Source: Candidatus Bathyarchaeia archaeon (GTDB taxonomy: Archaea > Thermoproteota > CALKCG01 > B24). Taken from it: a stretch of DNA of 64,000 nucleotides. Made by a program: the position numbers and the translations under genes. This document shows, one piece after another, positions 40,468 to 50,783 of the stretch (position 1 is the first letter of the stretch; each line of letters begins with the position of its first letter). The notes under the pieces are model-generated. The model did not search any database. It was not told where the DNA came from and saw nothing but the letters and a program-made list of their open reading frames with translations. The stretch is taken from positions 992,001-1,056,000 of the forward strand of contig JAVZJD010000001.1 of assembly GCA_038870975.1 (NCBI GenBank), read 5' to 3'.

Positions 40468-41517
40468 ATGGGTAATGTAGTTAAAGTAGGTATATCCGGT
40501 CTTGGAAGAAGCGGTTGGAGTATTCACGCTAATACGCTTGAGAAATGCCCCAACTTATACAAGATAGTAGCTGTATCCGACCCTATCGAGGAGAGACGTC
40601 GTGAAGCTGTAAGTAGATTCGGCTGCAGAGCATACCCCAACTTTGAACAGCTTATAAAAGATGATGAAGTAGAGCTTGTAGTCGTAGCTACTCCAAGCTT
40701 TCTACATGCCCCACAAACCATAGAGGCTTTAAAAGCTGGTAAAAACGTGGTATGTGAAAAACCCATGGCTACAAGCCTCTCCGAAGCCGATGCTATGATA
40801 AATGCCGCTAAGGAATCCAACAGAATACTGACGATTTTCCAAAACATGAGGTATGCGCCAGACTTTCTAAAAGTTAGAGAGGTAGTCCGTTCAGGAATAC
40901 TGGGTCACATAGTTCTCATAAAAATCTATTGGCATTTCTTCGGTAGACGCTGGGATTGGCAGACTTTAAAGAGATTCGGAGGAGGAGAACTCAACAATAA
41001 CGCTTCACACGCCATAGATCAAGCTCTCCAACTTATTGGAGATGGGGAACCCGAAGTCCTATTCTGCGACCTTCAGAGGACTTTAACCCTGGGTGATGCC
41101 GAAGACCACGTGAAAATAACCTTGGGAGTTCGTGGGTCTCCTACAATCGCCGATATAGAAGTTACCCGTGCATGTGCCTATCCTCAGAACACATGGTTGA
41201 TAATGGGAACTCAGGGAGGGCTTACAGGGACATCCACATCATTAAGATGGAAGTACTTCAACCCTGCAGACCTTCCCCCGAGGAAGGTTGAAACGGAGCC
41301 GACGCCAGATAGAAGCTACAACTGGGAGGAAATCCCCTGGAAGGAGGAAACGTGGAATTTAAGTAGAGACCAGAAGAGGGGTGAAATGCTCTTCTATGAA
41401 GGCTTGTATAGAACATTGCGTGAGGGAGCGCCCTTAAGTATTACGCCGCAGAGTGTTCGAAGAGTGATGTGGGTAATAGAAAAATGCCGCGAATACTGTG
41501 AAAAACGTTCAACGTAA
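40468..41517 (+). CDS. Gfo/Idh/MocA-family NAD(P)-dependent oxidoreductase
   Basis: GLGRSG, ATP..LH, CEKP and GGG.L.N...H.ID. Confidence 0.9.
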   Translation: MGNVVKVGISGLGRSGWSIHANTLEKCPNLYKIVAVSDPIEERRREAVSRFGCRAYPNFEQLIKDDEVELVVVATPSFLHAPQTIEALKAGKNVVCEKPMATSLSEADAMINAAKESNRILTIFQNMRYAPDFLKVREVVRSGILGHIVLIKIYWHFFGRRWDWQTLKRFGGGELNNNASHAIDQALQLIGDGEPEVLFCDLQRTLTLGDAEDHVKITLGVRGSPTIADIEVTRACAYPQNTWLIMGTQGGLTGTSTSLRWKYFNPADLPPRKVETEPTPDRSYNWEEIPWKEETWNLSRDQKRGEMLFYEGLYRTLREGAPLSITPQSVRRVMWVIEKCREYCEKRST

Positions 41518-41930
41518 ATACGTCTTCTATCCAATAATTTCGACTTTATACTCCGTAATTTTACCAAGTTCTGTTTTTCATAGTTAAAAATAGTAGTAGC
41601 ATTTTTTTAAATCTGGGGTCTCCTATCGATGCCATATCGTTCTTACGATCTTAGATCATGTTATGAGCCTTTTTGGGCTTAAATGGGAGGATGCACAGCT
41701 ACATAGACATTGGAAACGGTTTAATAGCATTATAGGGGCTCTAATATGAATTAGTGAAATAGGTGATTACACCATAGGTTTCTTCACAGCAGAATTAGAT
41801 AAAGCATTAGAATCTTTAAAGTGGACTGGAAGTTAAAACCGCCCCTCAATCTTTTAAGAAATATAACCTCTTCGATTGAATAATTTCATGGGATTTAAAC
41901 GGTTTTCTTTAGATACCTCTACATAGAAAA

Positions 41931-42359
41931 CTACCACTTTTCTAAGCGTTCACTTTTCCTTGTGATCCCTTCTTCGTCTGCAAACTTCCATATACCTTCA
42001 CCGGGTTTTAACAGTACAATTTTTAACATGTCCATTAGCTTATCGCTTAATATAACTTCATCCTCACCTGGCGTGATGACAGCTGTTACATCTACGGGTC
42101 CAACATCCCTATCGTCTGTTAGAACCTTAATTTTAACAAGGCCTCTGACTAAGAAGGTTTTAACAAGCGCTCCTCCGACAGCTTTGTAGTCTTCCACTTG
42201 ATATTCTGTCATAAGCCTTGGGAATATATTCAATCTCTCAGCAACTTTAATCGGTAATATTACCTCCGGCTCATCCGCCTCAAATCCAGAATTAGCTAAA
42301 GCCACTGTTACAACTTCTCCTGTAGCAGAGTGAAGTTTAACTTTTACCCTGACAACCAT
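41931..42359 (-). CDS. Clan AA aspartic-protease-fold protein (Asn at the catalytic position)
   Basis: ALANSGFE...ILP..VAE.L and EVILSD..M..LKI pattern. Confidence 0.6.
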   Translation of the reverse strand: MVVRVKVKLHSATGEVVTVALANSGFEADEPEVILPIKVAERLNIFPRLMTEYQVEDYKAVGGALVKTFLVRGLVKIKVLTDDRDVGPVDVTAVITPGEDEVILSDKLMDMLKIVLLKPGEGIWKFADEEGITRKSERLEKW

Positions 42360-43082
42360 AGGGCTAACCTCTAGTTGGCTGGTTTAAACTTGCCGACTCT
42401 CTTTGGTCCACTTACACGCCTAAACTTTCCTGTCCTTCTAACCATATATCTGCCCAATTATTGGTAAGTGAAGTGTTTTATAAAAGTGTTTGCTAGAAAA
42501 ACCTCTAACTTCTGCTGGAATGAATGGGCAAAGTTTAGATTCGATAATCCTCAATTTTTGGAGTATCTTCTTGGAGGATATTCTCTTACTAAAGTTGAGA
42601 CTTAAGAATGAGTAGATACTCTGCATACTGAAAGAATGATGTTATGTAGATTTTTACGGTGATTTCCATAAAGAAAGCAATCATCCTCCTAAGAGAAGAT
42701 GTTTACCAGAAGCTTAAGGCTGAGAATGGCTTTAGAAGGCTCTAAGATCCTCTTCCGAGAGCGTGAAGAGCTTGGAGAAGCTTCAGAACGGGGAGCTGTT
42801 GAGTATCTTATGCGTAAAACGGTTTGCATCGCTCAGTTATTGGAAAACTTCCGCTTCCAACGCTTAAGATAGTTACCCATATGGATATTGTTGTTAATTT
42901 TCAACTTTATACTCGCTACCCATTTCTTTCACAGATTTAAATCTTCGTAGTTATATATGTTTGAACGCAGGATTACGGCTTATATACCCTCATCTAACTT
43001 TTCCTGAAATTAGGTATCATGGTAAGCTTTATCAAAAGAAAACTTTAAACGTATGCAATCATTCATATGGCGGTGTAAGCAT

Positions 43083-44420
43083 ATGGGCGTTAAAATCACT
43101 ATTATAGGGGCAGGTAGTCTGGTTTTTACTCCTAATATTCTCGCAGACCTTACGAAATCCAATGTCCTCGCTGGCTCCAACGTCTGTCTCATGGATATAG
43201 ATGAGAAGAGGCTAAACTTAATGACCAAGCTTGCCGATAGAATAATGCGTGAAGAGAAGTCGGATATTGCCGTTAACGCAACCACTGATAGAGCTGAAGC
43301 TTTGAGAAACGCTGACTACGTAATTATCTCAATATCTGTTGGTACTGATGTTGAAAGATTCGACGTTGAAATACCGAAGAAGTACGGTTTATATGCATCA
43401 GTGGGGGATACAACTGGACCGCAGGGTTTTGCAAGAGCGCTTAGACACATCCCGGTTATGGTCGACATCGCTAAGGATATTGAGAGAATCTGTCCAAGCG
43501 CTTTTGTACTCAACGTGACAAATCCAATGACCGCGTTATGTACAGCTATGCTTAAAACGTCGAAGATAAACCTCATCGGACTTTGCGTTGGAATATACAT
43601 AGCGAAAAACTTCATAGCTAGACTTCTAGATCTAGACTCTGAAACAATAAGCGTAATCGCGGGTGGAATAAACCACTTTACGTGGATAAAGGAGATTTTC
43701 ATTAGAGGTGAGGACGTTTATCCTAAGTTTCACGAAGTTTGGGAGAATGCTAAGAAGTCGTACAGTAGACTTGAGATGCTTGAAAAATTCAGAGGCCACT
43801 ACATATCCCTACTCCTGTACGATAAATTCGGACTATTTCCATCCCCTTCAGACTCTCACATAGCAGAATTTTTACCATACTTCATAAGGGAGGATAAAGC
43901 ATACGGTTCCATCTACGGTTTAACACTATACCCGCAAGGGACAATATACGACCCTAAGTGGCGTGAACAGGCTTGGTCACGTCTAGTTGAATGGGCAACT
44001 GGCACAGCTCCACTAGATGAGCTATTCGCGAGAACATTCACAGAAGAAACGCTTGTAATCAGAGTACTTGAAAGTCTATCGTCTAAACGTAACGACTTCT
44101 ACGAGGCGGTTAATATCCCAAATATGGGGTCTATTCCAGATATTCCAAGTAACGCTGTAGTTGAGGTTCCAGGGGTTGTAGGTAATATAGGGGTAAAGCC
44201 TGTCCAAGTTGGCTCACTTCCCAAGTCAATCACACAGCTTCTCAGACAGCAACTTACACACATAGATTTAACGGTTGACGCCGCTTTAACCGGAGACAGT
44301 AAACTTGCATTACAAGCACTGTTAATGCATCCTTCAATACCAAATTTAGAGGTTGCTGAAAACATACTTAACGATTTAATAAGATACGAATCTAAGTATC
44401 TTCCACAATTTAAAGATTAA
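43083..44420 (+). CDS. GH4 NAD+/Mn2+-dependent glycoside hydrolase
   Basis: IIGAGS, GDT.GP.G..RALR.IP, NVTNP, GLC, GINHF and VVEVP. Start at in-frame ATG 43083. Confidence 0.9.
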   Translation: MGVKITIIGAGSLVFTPNILADLTKSNVLAGSNVCLMDIDEKRLNLMTKLADRIMREEKSDIAVNATTDRAEALRNADYVIISISVGTDVERFDVEIPKKYGLYASVGDTTGPQGFARALRHIPVMVDIAKDIERICPSAFVLNVTNPMTALCTAMLKTSKINLIGLCVGIYIAKNFIARLLDLDSETISVIAGGINHFTWIKEIFIRGEDVYPKFHEVWENAKKSYSRLEMLEKFRGHYISLLLYDKFGLFPSPSDSHIAEFLPYFIREDKAYGSIYGLTLYPQGTIYDPKWREQAWSRLVEWATGTAPLDELFARTFTEETLVIRVLESLSSKRNDFYEAVNIPNMGSIPDIPSNAVVEVPGVVGNIGVKPVQVGSLPKSITQLLRQQLTHIDLTVDAALTGDSKLALQALLMHPSIPNLEVAENILNDLIRYESKYLPQFKD

Positions 44421-45619
44421 CGGATTATGGGGTAATCTGCTAAGCGCCTCCAAACATCCAACATCACTTTTATACTCTCCCACGGTGTATCTGGAAATAT
44501 TTGATCTATTGCTGATAATATGAATCCTCCTCCTGGTGCAAGCGTTTCAATAGCGTCTACTACTGCTTTCTCAATCTCTTCCCTAGACCACAGCTTTAGC
44601 GTGACTGAAGAGTTTATACCACCCCATATGCATATCCTATCTCCAATTTCTCTTTTCACTTGTAATAATTTTGCTCCTCCTTGAACGGGGTCTACACCGT
44701 AGAGGACATCTACTCCCGCCTCTTTGAAGAAGTCTAAGAGAGGCATTATACCCATAGACATTATGTAGCAGAATTTAAGCCCATGTCTATGAACATAATC
44801 CGCCAGTTTCTTAACATAAGGTAGTATGAATTTTCTGTAGAGTTTCGGCGGCCAAAAGTCCGCATTCTCATACCATCCACGGTGAACAATTAGATCTACT
44901 GCTCCAGACTCTATGGCTAATCTAATATACCTGATATCCCATTCAAATATTACATCTAACACTCTTTGGATAAACTCTGGATTTGTATAAGCAGCTCTAA
45001 TGGTGTTTTCGAGCCCGCAGAGCCAATGTAGTGCATCTGCGCCGACAACTCCACCTTCAACTCCTTCTTCATAAGCCATACCGGCTTCAACTAAAACACC
45101 ATGCTTATCTGCGAAACTTCGAACTTCATTAGCCTTCTCAAAGAAGATTTTAAGCTCTTTATCCGAAGGTTCTGTAAGTAAACATGATAATGCATCTATA
45201 TCCTCCTCCTTTTCAACAAGAAACTTTAAAGAACGAGCCTTCGGGATAACAAAATCCGTAAAAAGTGGCACATCGTCACCATGTGGCCAGTCTGGTGTTT
45301 GACGTACAATGCGCTTAAGGACGCCCTTAGCTGTGTGGTATTCTTTTATAATCAGCGCATCTCTCTCCCCAGGTGGATGAATCTTACTTACCTTAGTTTT
45401 GACCTCTGGGTTAAGTGAAACTGGTACTTTTAAAGTTATAGTATCATCTATTCCAAGTTTTAGTAGTCTGAGGACGCGTTCAAGCTCACTATGCCAACGG
45501 TCATTCTCATCTACTAGAAACGGGCGCTCCCACCACTTAAGACATAATGGAACGTGGTCTGGTTCATCTAAATTTATGGCTGTTAAAAGCCGCTCCCTCG
45601 AATTCAACTCCTCTCTCAA
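44417..45619 (-). CDS. Uroporphyrinogen decarboxylase/MtaA-fold protein (paralogue 4)
   Basis: SRER....EPDHVP, GVDP.QG, IWGGIN and LAPGGGFILS. TTG start at 45619 after GGAGGTG. Confidence 0.8.
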   Translation of the reverse strand: MREELNSRERLLTAINLDEPDHVPLCLKWWERPFLVDENDRWHSELERVLRLLKLGIDDTITLKVPVSLNPEVKTKVSKIHPPGERDALIIKEYHTAKGVLKRIVRQTPDWPHGDDVPLFTDFVIPKARSLKFLVEKEEDIDALSCLLTEPSDKELKIFFEKANEVRSFADKHGVLVEAGMAYEEGVEGGVVGADALHWLCGLENTIRAAYTNPEFIQRVLDVIFEWDIRYIRLAIESGAVDLIVHRGWYENADFWPPKLYRKFILPYVKKLADYVHRHGLKFCYIMSMGIMPLLDFFKEAGVDVLYGVDPVQGGAKLLQVKREIGDRICIWGGINSSVTLKLWSREEIEKAVVDAIETLAPGGGFILSAIDQIFPDTPWESIKVMLDVWRRLADYPIIR

Positions 45620-45729
45620 TTGAAACACCTCCAACTGGATTTGGGAAAGACCAGTTTAAAGCTTTACGAATCCACATACGACGTAGACTATGTAATATTC
45701 CTAATACAAACTCGGCCGTTCCATAAAGG

Positions 45730-47163
45730 TCACTGTTTAATTAGAGATTCACTTGCCTCTTTAATTATTCGGTCTATTTCTCTTTCCACACTTAAGTCTA
45801 GAGGCTCAACCTCATGCTTTGACAAGATTCTATTGACTGTTTCCCTAATCTCCCTCAATTTAGCTGGAGCGTCCTTAGACTTCCATGCCTCCCAGTTCAG
45901 TCTATCGAAGATTTTTGGAAACCAGAATTCACTTCTTATGTGTAGTATAGTGTGTCTCTGAGAGAGAAAGCTTCCACCTATACCTACTCTTTTTATAACA
46001 TCTAAGGCTATGGTTTCACTCTCAACATTGAAACCCTTTAGTAAGCGTTTAACGTAACTGGCGACTTCATCATCTACTACTAGTTGCTCTAAGCTACCGC
46101 CGACGTCCGCGCCTATGATACCTTGATGCCCACTAAGCTCTGCTCCTGCAAAAGCACCTAGAGTCATAGTTGCAGCCTTCTCAACGCCAGATTGGAAATC
46201 AACACTTTTAGAGTCTGTTAAACCCACGTTAACATGTACAGGTAAACCGTAGTATAGACCTATTTGAACCATAGCTACCGCCATTAAACCCTGTTCAGGA
46301 GAACCAAAGGATATGTTTCCAGTTCTCTGATCCATTATGTGGGGTATACCGCCATAGAGGATTGGCGTTCCTGGACCTAAAACCTCCGCAATAACTATGC
46401 CAGCTAGTATTTCGGCGTTCTCAAGGGCTAGCGTTCCAGCCAATGTTGCAGGCCCCGTCGCGCTCGCCATAACCATAGGTGCAAAGCAAACTGGGATTTT
46501 ACGTTCAGCAAAAAGTTTTAAAATAGGTAGGCTGTGAGGGCTGAATTTTAATGGGCTTATAGGCTCGAAAAAACCTAGGGATAGGGGTTTCTTGCCAGGC
46601 GCTTCTCCCGTTATAGTGGTCCACATTTTAAGTATGTATTCAGCCGATTGAACTGAGTATATCCAAGCGAAAAAAGGCTTTGAAGTATGCTTGATGAGCG
46701 TTGCATACATATATACGTCGGCAATTTGCAAAGGTACATCCTGAGGTACGAATAAGGCACCTACTATGTCTATATTTTCCAACGCGTCTCCGAGTTTAAC
46801 AGCTTTTACAGTATCTTCTAGGGTTGCAATTCTTCTATCGCTTGTTAAAGGGTCTACGACGTTCATCATACCTCCACTAGATAGGACTTTGAACTTTCCA
46901 TCGCCAAATGTTACGTTTCTACCGCTCCGTGAGTATACTGTGAAGCTTTTAGACGCTTTCTTAACCATTTCAACGATTAAGCTCTCTGGAAGTTTAACGG
47001 TCGAAGTCTTCCAATCTACTTCACAGCCCACGTTTTTAAGCGCGTTAACTACTTCATCGTTTGGAACTTGAACCCCTACTTCTTCCAAGATGTTTAAAGA
47101 AGCCTCATGTATGGATTCAACATCTACCCTCGATAGTATTTTAAGCCTCAAATTGGGCACCAC
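45730..47163 (-). CDS. MttB/MtgB-family (trimethylamine methyltransferase superfamily) methyltransferase, pyrrolysine-free
   Basis: IHEASL.ILEEVG, PISPL, ATGPATLAG, FGSPE, Y.LP...G.TDSK..D.Q.G.EK and EQLVVDDE. No in-frame TAG. Confidence 0.92.
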   Translation of the reverse strand: MVPNLRLKILSRVDVESIHEASLNILEEVGVQVPNDEVVNALKNVGCEVDWKTSTVKLPESLIVEMVKKASKSFTVYSRSGRNVTFGDGKFKVLSSGGMMNVVDPLTSDRRIATLEDTVKAVKLGDALENIDIVGALFVPQDVPLQIADVYMYATLIKHTSKPFFAWIYSVQSAEYILKMWTTITGEAPGKKPLSLGFFEPISPLKFSPHSLPILKLFAERKIPVCFAPMVMASATGPATLAGTLALENAEILAGIVIAEVLGPGTPILYGGIPHIMDQRTGNISFGSPEQGLMAVAMVQIGLYYGLPVHVNVGLTDSKSVDFQSGVEKAATMTLGAFAGAELSGHQGIIGADVGGSLEQLVVDDEVASYVKRLLKGFNVESETIALDVIKRVGIGGSFLSQRHTILHIRSEFWFPKIFDRLNWEAWKSKDAPAKLREIRETVNRILSKHEVEPLDLSVEREIDRIIKEASESLIKQ

Positions 47164-47175
47164 ATATACGCTTCT

Positions 47176-48492
47176 TTAACGCTTGGTTTTAAACTGAGGC
47201 AGAAGAGGTGCGTGAACCTCTAGAAGTTCGTCAAGCGTTTTCTTAGCCGCTTCAACGCTATGTACAACCGGGTCTATCAGCAGGGCTTGTAATGCCTTTT
47301 CATAAGACCCTTCATACGCAGCTTCAACCGATAACCTTTGAATGACTGCTTGTGTATAGCACAATGCATCTATCCCAGTCGGGAGACTTCCAATATGTAT
47401 CGGATGTATACCACTACCGTCGACTACGGCAGGCACCTCTACCACAGTATCTAATGGTAGATTTGTCACCACACCCTTGTTCGGAACATTAACAGCATAC
47501 TCGAAATACCGTCTGTTTGAAACGATAGCTTTGATTATGTTCACAGCCTGTCCTCTTTCACCTCTGATTAGTTCTGAAGAGCTATAGAGTTCTACAGACA
47601 ATTTATCCGTAGCTAAATCATCCACTGTTTTACGAATATTTTCAGACCATTTTTCAACGGCGCTAAGCCAGTTTTCCCCTCTCTCCCTCTCTGGGACAAT
47701 ATCCCAAGCATAAGATACATATTCCCCTACATGCCCATCTGATGGAGATGGATAATATCCATACGTTAGGCATAAGATCCTAGACAGAGGCTCCCCAGCC
47801 AGTATGTCTCGCTTAACGTCATCCGCAGTTTTAAGCCTATCAATAAGAATAGGATAAGCATTTTCACCAGAATCTTTAAACCAAAGCTTCAGAATCCATG
47901 TAAAGTGGTTCAATCCAGCGGCCAGAGCTTCAATCTGACGGCCTAAAGCTGTAGATAGCCACTCCATTCTGCCGTAGATTCCGGGGCAGAGTCCAACAGC
48001 TTTAAGCTTCGTATAACGGTTTATTGCATATGCTACTCTCGCCTCTGGGTTTGAATAGTTCATAACTAAAGCATTGGGACATAGGTCTTCAACATCACGG
48101 CATATTTCTAATACCAATGGAACTACACGTAGAGTATGTGCCAACCCTCCTGGACCACCACATTCGCCGATAACCTGTTTAATGCCATATTTATGGGGTA
48201 TTTGAAAGTCCAGCCACCACCTCTTCATCCTCTCTTTCTCAACAGCTATTATTACAAAGTCTGAACCACTAAGTCCATCTTTAGTTTTCGTGAAAGATTC
48301 GATCTTTAAATTAGCTTTAAAGTACTCATTAAACCGCTCTGCAACCTTAGCCATAGTCTTAAGCTTCCCCTCGTCTATATCTATCAATGCAATAGTGCCA
48401 CCGTGAAGCTCTTCCGTGCTCACGATATCGCGTAATGTTTCAAGACCAAAGGAAGCACTACCAGCACCAACTAAAGATATCTTAACCTCCAT
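47176..48492 (-). CDS. GH4 NAD+/Mn2+-dependent glycoside hydrolase
   Basis: VGAGS, GE.GGPGG....LR, NYSNP, GLC, GLNHF and VVEVP. Start at ATG 48492 after GGAGG. Confidence 0.9.
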   Translation of the reverse strand: MEVKISLVGAGSASFGLETLRDIVSTEELHGGTIALIDIDEGKLKTMAKVAERFNEYFKANLKIESFTKTKDGLSGSDFVIIAVEKERMKRWWLDFQIPHKYGIKQVIGECGGPGGLAHTLRVVPLVLEICRDVEDLCPNALVMNYSNPEARVAYAINRYTKLKAVGLCPGIYGRMEWLSTALGRQIEALAAGLNHFTWILKLWFKDSGENAYPILIDRLKTADDVKRDILAGEPLSRILCLTYGYYPSPSDGHVGEYVSYAWDIVPERERGENWLSAVEKWSENIRKTVDDLATDKLSVELYSSSELIRGERGQAVNIIKAIVSNRRYFEYAVNVPNKGVVTNLPLDTVVEVPAVVDGSGIHPIHIGSLPTGIDALCYTQAVIQRLSVEAAYEGSYEKALQALLIDPVVHSVEAAKKTLDELLEVHAPLLPQFKTKR

Positions 48493-48695
48493 AAAAGTGC
48501 CTCCACACTTAGAAAAACCCTTGAAATATTTAAGTTTACATGCGATGAAATAGACTTTTGAGAGATGTATAGAATCCTCCAACGCCGTAATCTTCTAAAA
48601 ACTGAACATATCCTAGTGTAATTTAGTGTCGCATCCAAGGCCCCCTCTAATGGAACCTTAAAAAGAAAAAAGAGGAATCGTTCCCACTGCTTGGT

Positions 48696-50696
48696 TTAGA
48701 ATGGTATGAAGAACCTTACCACGCCTATTGGATGGGCCATAACGTTTACTAAAGCTAAACCAGCTAGAAATCCAGCGACAAATGGAATGCCATAATTCTC
48801 GTACAATTTACTCCCACCTACTTTTAACGTTATCCACTTAGCTATCCAGGCGAATACAAAGGCGTTCCAGCTCCCCCACCAAGCGATACCAACGCTTGGA
48901 GCCATTGCAAAGCCGAGTGGATGTAATGGCCACCATATGAATCTAGCTCTAAGCAGAGATAAGATTACTGTGATCAATCCACCTACGAACATTACTCCAA
49001 AGACGGTGTTCGCCGCCCCTCCGAAGACGTATCTTTCAATGGAGCTATCCCACATGTATTCCATAGAGCATGTACCCCAAACCGTCACACGACTTGTGCC
49101 AAGTAGATAGTAGATCCACACTCTTGCACATAGCATCACGGGGATTGCTATGAGGGATGATATAACTAGTAGTAGAAAGCTATTACGTATATTGACGTTT
49201 GTTAACTGTCCCATCTTTAGAACGCTCATGGTTGTATGTGCTCCGTTAACAGGACCATTGGGTACTACATTCCATCCACATACGATGAATGCATGAGCCA
49301 TGAACCACTCAGTAGAATATTCTGAGGGTGCCGTAGGCCATATTAAGCGTAGCGGCCAGCTCATCCATACTGCTTTCTCATGAACAAAGGGGCATCCGGC
49401 GATACCGAGAGCATAAGTATCTGTTATTGAGTGGAGAAACGTCACCATTAGCCCTACTAGAGCTACGGCGATGGTTATCCCGGAGAAGCATTGATAGGCA
49501 ATCATAAATACTGCAGACATTAGGATCAACAGGTATATTGTTCTATAGCTAAATACTTCACCATTCGAGGGTCTACCATGAATAGCTTCTTTAAACGTAT
49601 CAGCTACATATGTTCTTGAATGCCACATCACCATAAGTGCTATAGCTACTATTCCACCCATAGATATATAAGCCCAGTAGAACGGCGGAGTCCAGTAAAG
49701 TGCCTGATCGTAGATTGCTCTACATCCACCACCCGTTGTAAGAAGTCCAGTGTGGTAGCCTAAAACATAGGCCGCTTGATCAAGTATTATCATTAAAATC
49801 GTGAAGAACGTGAAGCTGAACAGTATGTCTAGTGGTGCCAGAAATAGTATTGCATGCGCCAACGGGTCTTTCGTAAACCTGCCCCAGTGGACTATTGACT
49901 GCATAAGTGGGTCGGTGGCTGGTAGACAAACGCATCCTACGGCAGTGGTATTAACTCTGTAACCGAATATGTCTGGCCACCATGGGAAGAGATATGTGAG
50001 GAGAATCTGCACCTCTATTAGGAATCCTACTATGAAGCCTATGATGTAGGGTCTGATGCTTCTTCTCTCAGTCCTCTCCGCCTGTATGAATTCAACAGTT
50101 CCATAAGTAGCTAGTACATGAGGAAACGGTACTCTCTCAACATCTATCCACCTACGTCGCAATAGTAGCATGAGGCTTGATGTAAAGAACATAAACGTGT
50201 ACATGTATAGTGTCCAGAATAGTATAGTTGGAGCCCAAGCCCCCCAATTTACTGGCATTCCACCGGGTATTATTTCTCTAACGACGTCGTATGGAGGCAT
50301 CCACCACCAACTCTCCATGATAGTTCTAAGAGGCTCAGGTGAGTATAAGATAGGCATTACGTGTGCCACTGGATGTAACGCGAAAGTAACCATGTCTTGA
50401 AATCCATAGTATGACATAACCAATCCTATTATGTATATCGAGACCAAGGTTGGAACGCTAACCTCTCGAGTTCTTTTTAAAGGATACATTAGAAGCAATA
50501 GGAATACTGGAGCAATAGGTAAAGCCGTTGTTCTGGCGTATATACCCCACGTGAAGTGGCACATTAAGCCCAGGCTTGTGATATTGCAGAGAGCCATATC
50601 GATTGTTCCGACAATCGATAGAATCAACGATAGTAGTGGTATTAAAATCCAGTGTTTACTTTCGAATTCCAACTCTCCCCTAGAAGGCATAACCAA
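48696..50696 (-). CDS. DUF6785/OPT-like polytopic membrane protein, putative transporter (paralogue 3)
   Basis: RRRWIDVERVPFP, PWWPD, RFIWWPLHPLG and LKVGGSKLYENYGIP. C-terminus RFFIPF resembles paralogue 1. Confidence 0.7.
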   Translation of the reverse strand: MVMPSRGELEFESKHWILIPLLSLILSIVGTIDMALCNITSLGLMCHFTWGIYARTTALPIAPVFLLLLMYPLKRTREVSVPTLVSIYIIGLVMSYYGFQDMVTFALHPVAHVMPILYSPEPLRTIMESWWWMPPYDVVREIIPGGMPVNWGAWAPTILFWTLYMYTFMFFTSSLMLLLRRRWIDVERVPFPHVLATYGTVEFIQAERTERRSIRPYIIGFIVGFLIEVQILLTYLFPWWPDIFGYRVNTTAVGCVCLPATDPLMQSIVHWGRFTKDPLAHAILFLAPLDILFSFTFFTILMIILDQAAYVLGYHTGLLTTGGGCRAIYDQALYWTPPFYWAYISMGGIVAIALMVMWHSRTYVADTFKEAIHGRPSNGEVFSYRTIYLLILMSAVFMIAYQCFSGITIAVALVGLMVTFLHSITDTYALGIAGCPFVHEKAVWMSWPLRLIWPTAPSEYSTEWFMAHAFIVCGWNVVPNGPVNGAHTTMSVLKMGQLTNVNIRNSFLLLVISSLIAIPVMLCARVWIYYLLGTSRVTVWGTCSMEYMWDSSIERYVFGGAANTVFGVMFVGGLITVILSLLRARFIWWPLHPLGFAMAPSVGIAWWGSWNAFVFAWIAKWITLKVGGSKLYENYGIPFVAGFLAGLALVNVMAHPIGVVRFFIPF

Positions 50697-50783
50697 CTAT
50701 TAGTCCATGTGTATATATAAGCATTTTCTCGGATGTTTAGAAGCTCATGTCATTTAACCATTACCTACGAAGTCAAAGGAGGA

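Noticed and set aside
42371-42445. 24-aa Arg/Lys-rich ORF (MVRRTGKFRRVSGPKRVGKFKPAN) on the minus strand before the protease-like gene
   Set aside because: No SD or recognisable motif. It could be the tail of a decayed gene but cannot be supported.
31133-42888. Shared 12-mer CCATATGGATAT upstream of transporter 2 (31133) and GH4 (42877) as a regulon motif
   Set aside because: One 12-mer match among several kb of AT-rich intergenic DNA is expected by chance, and the distances to the start codons differ.
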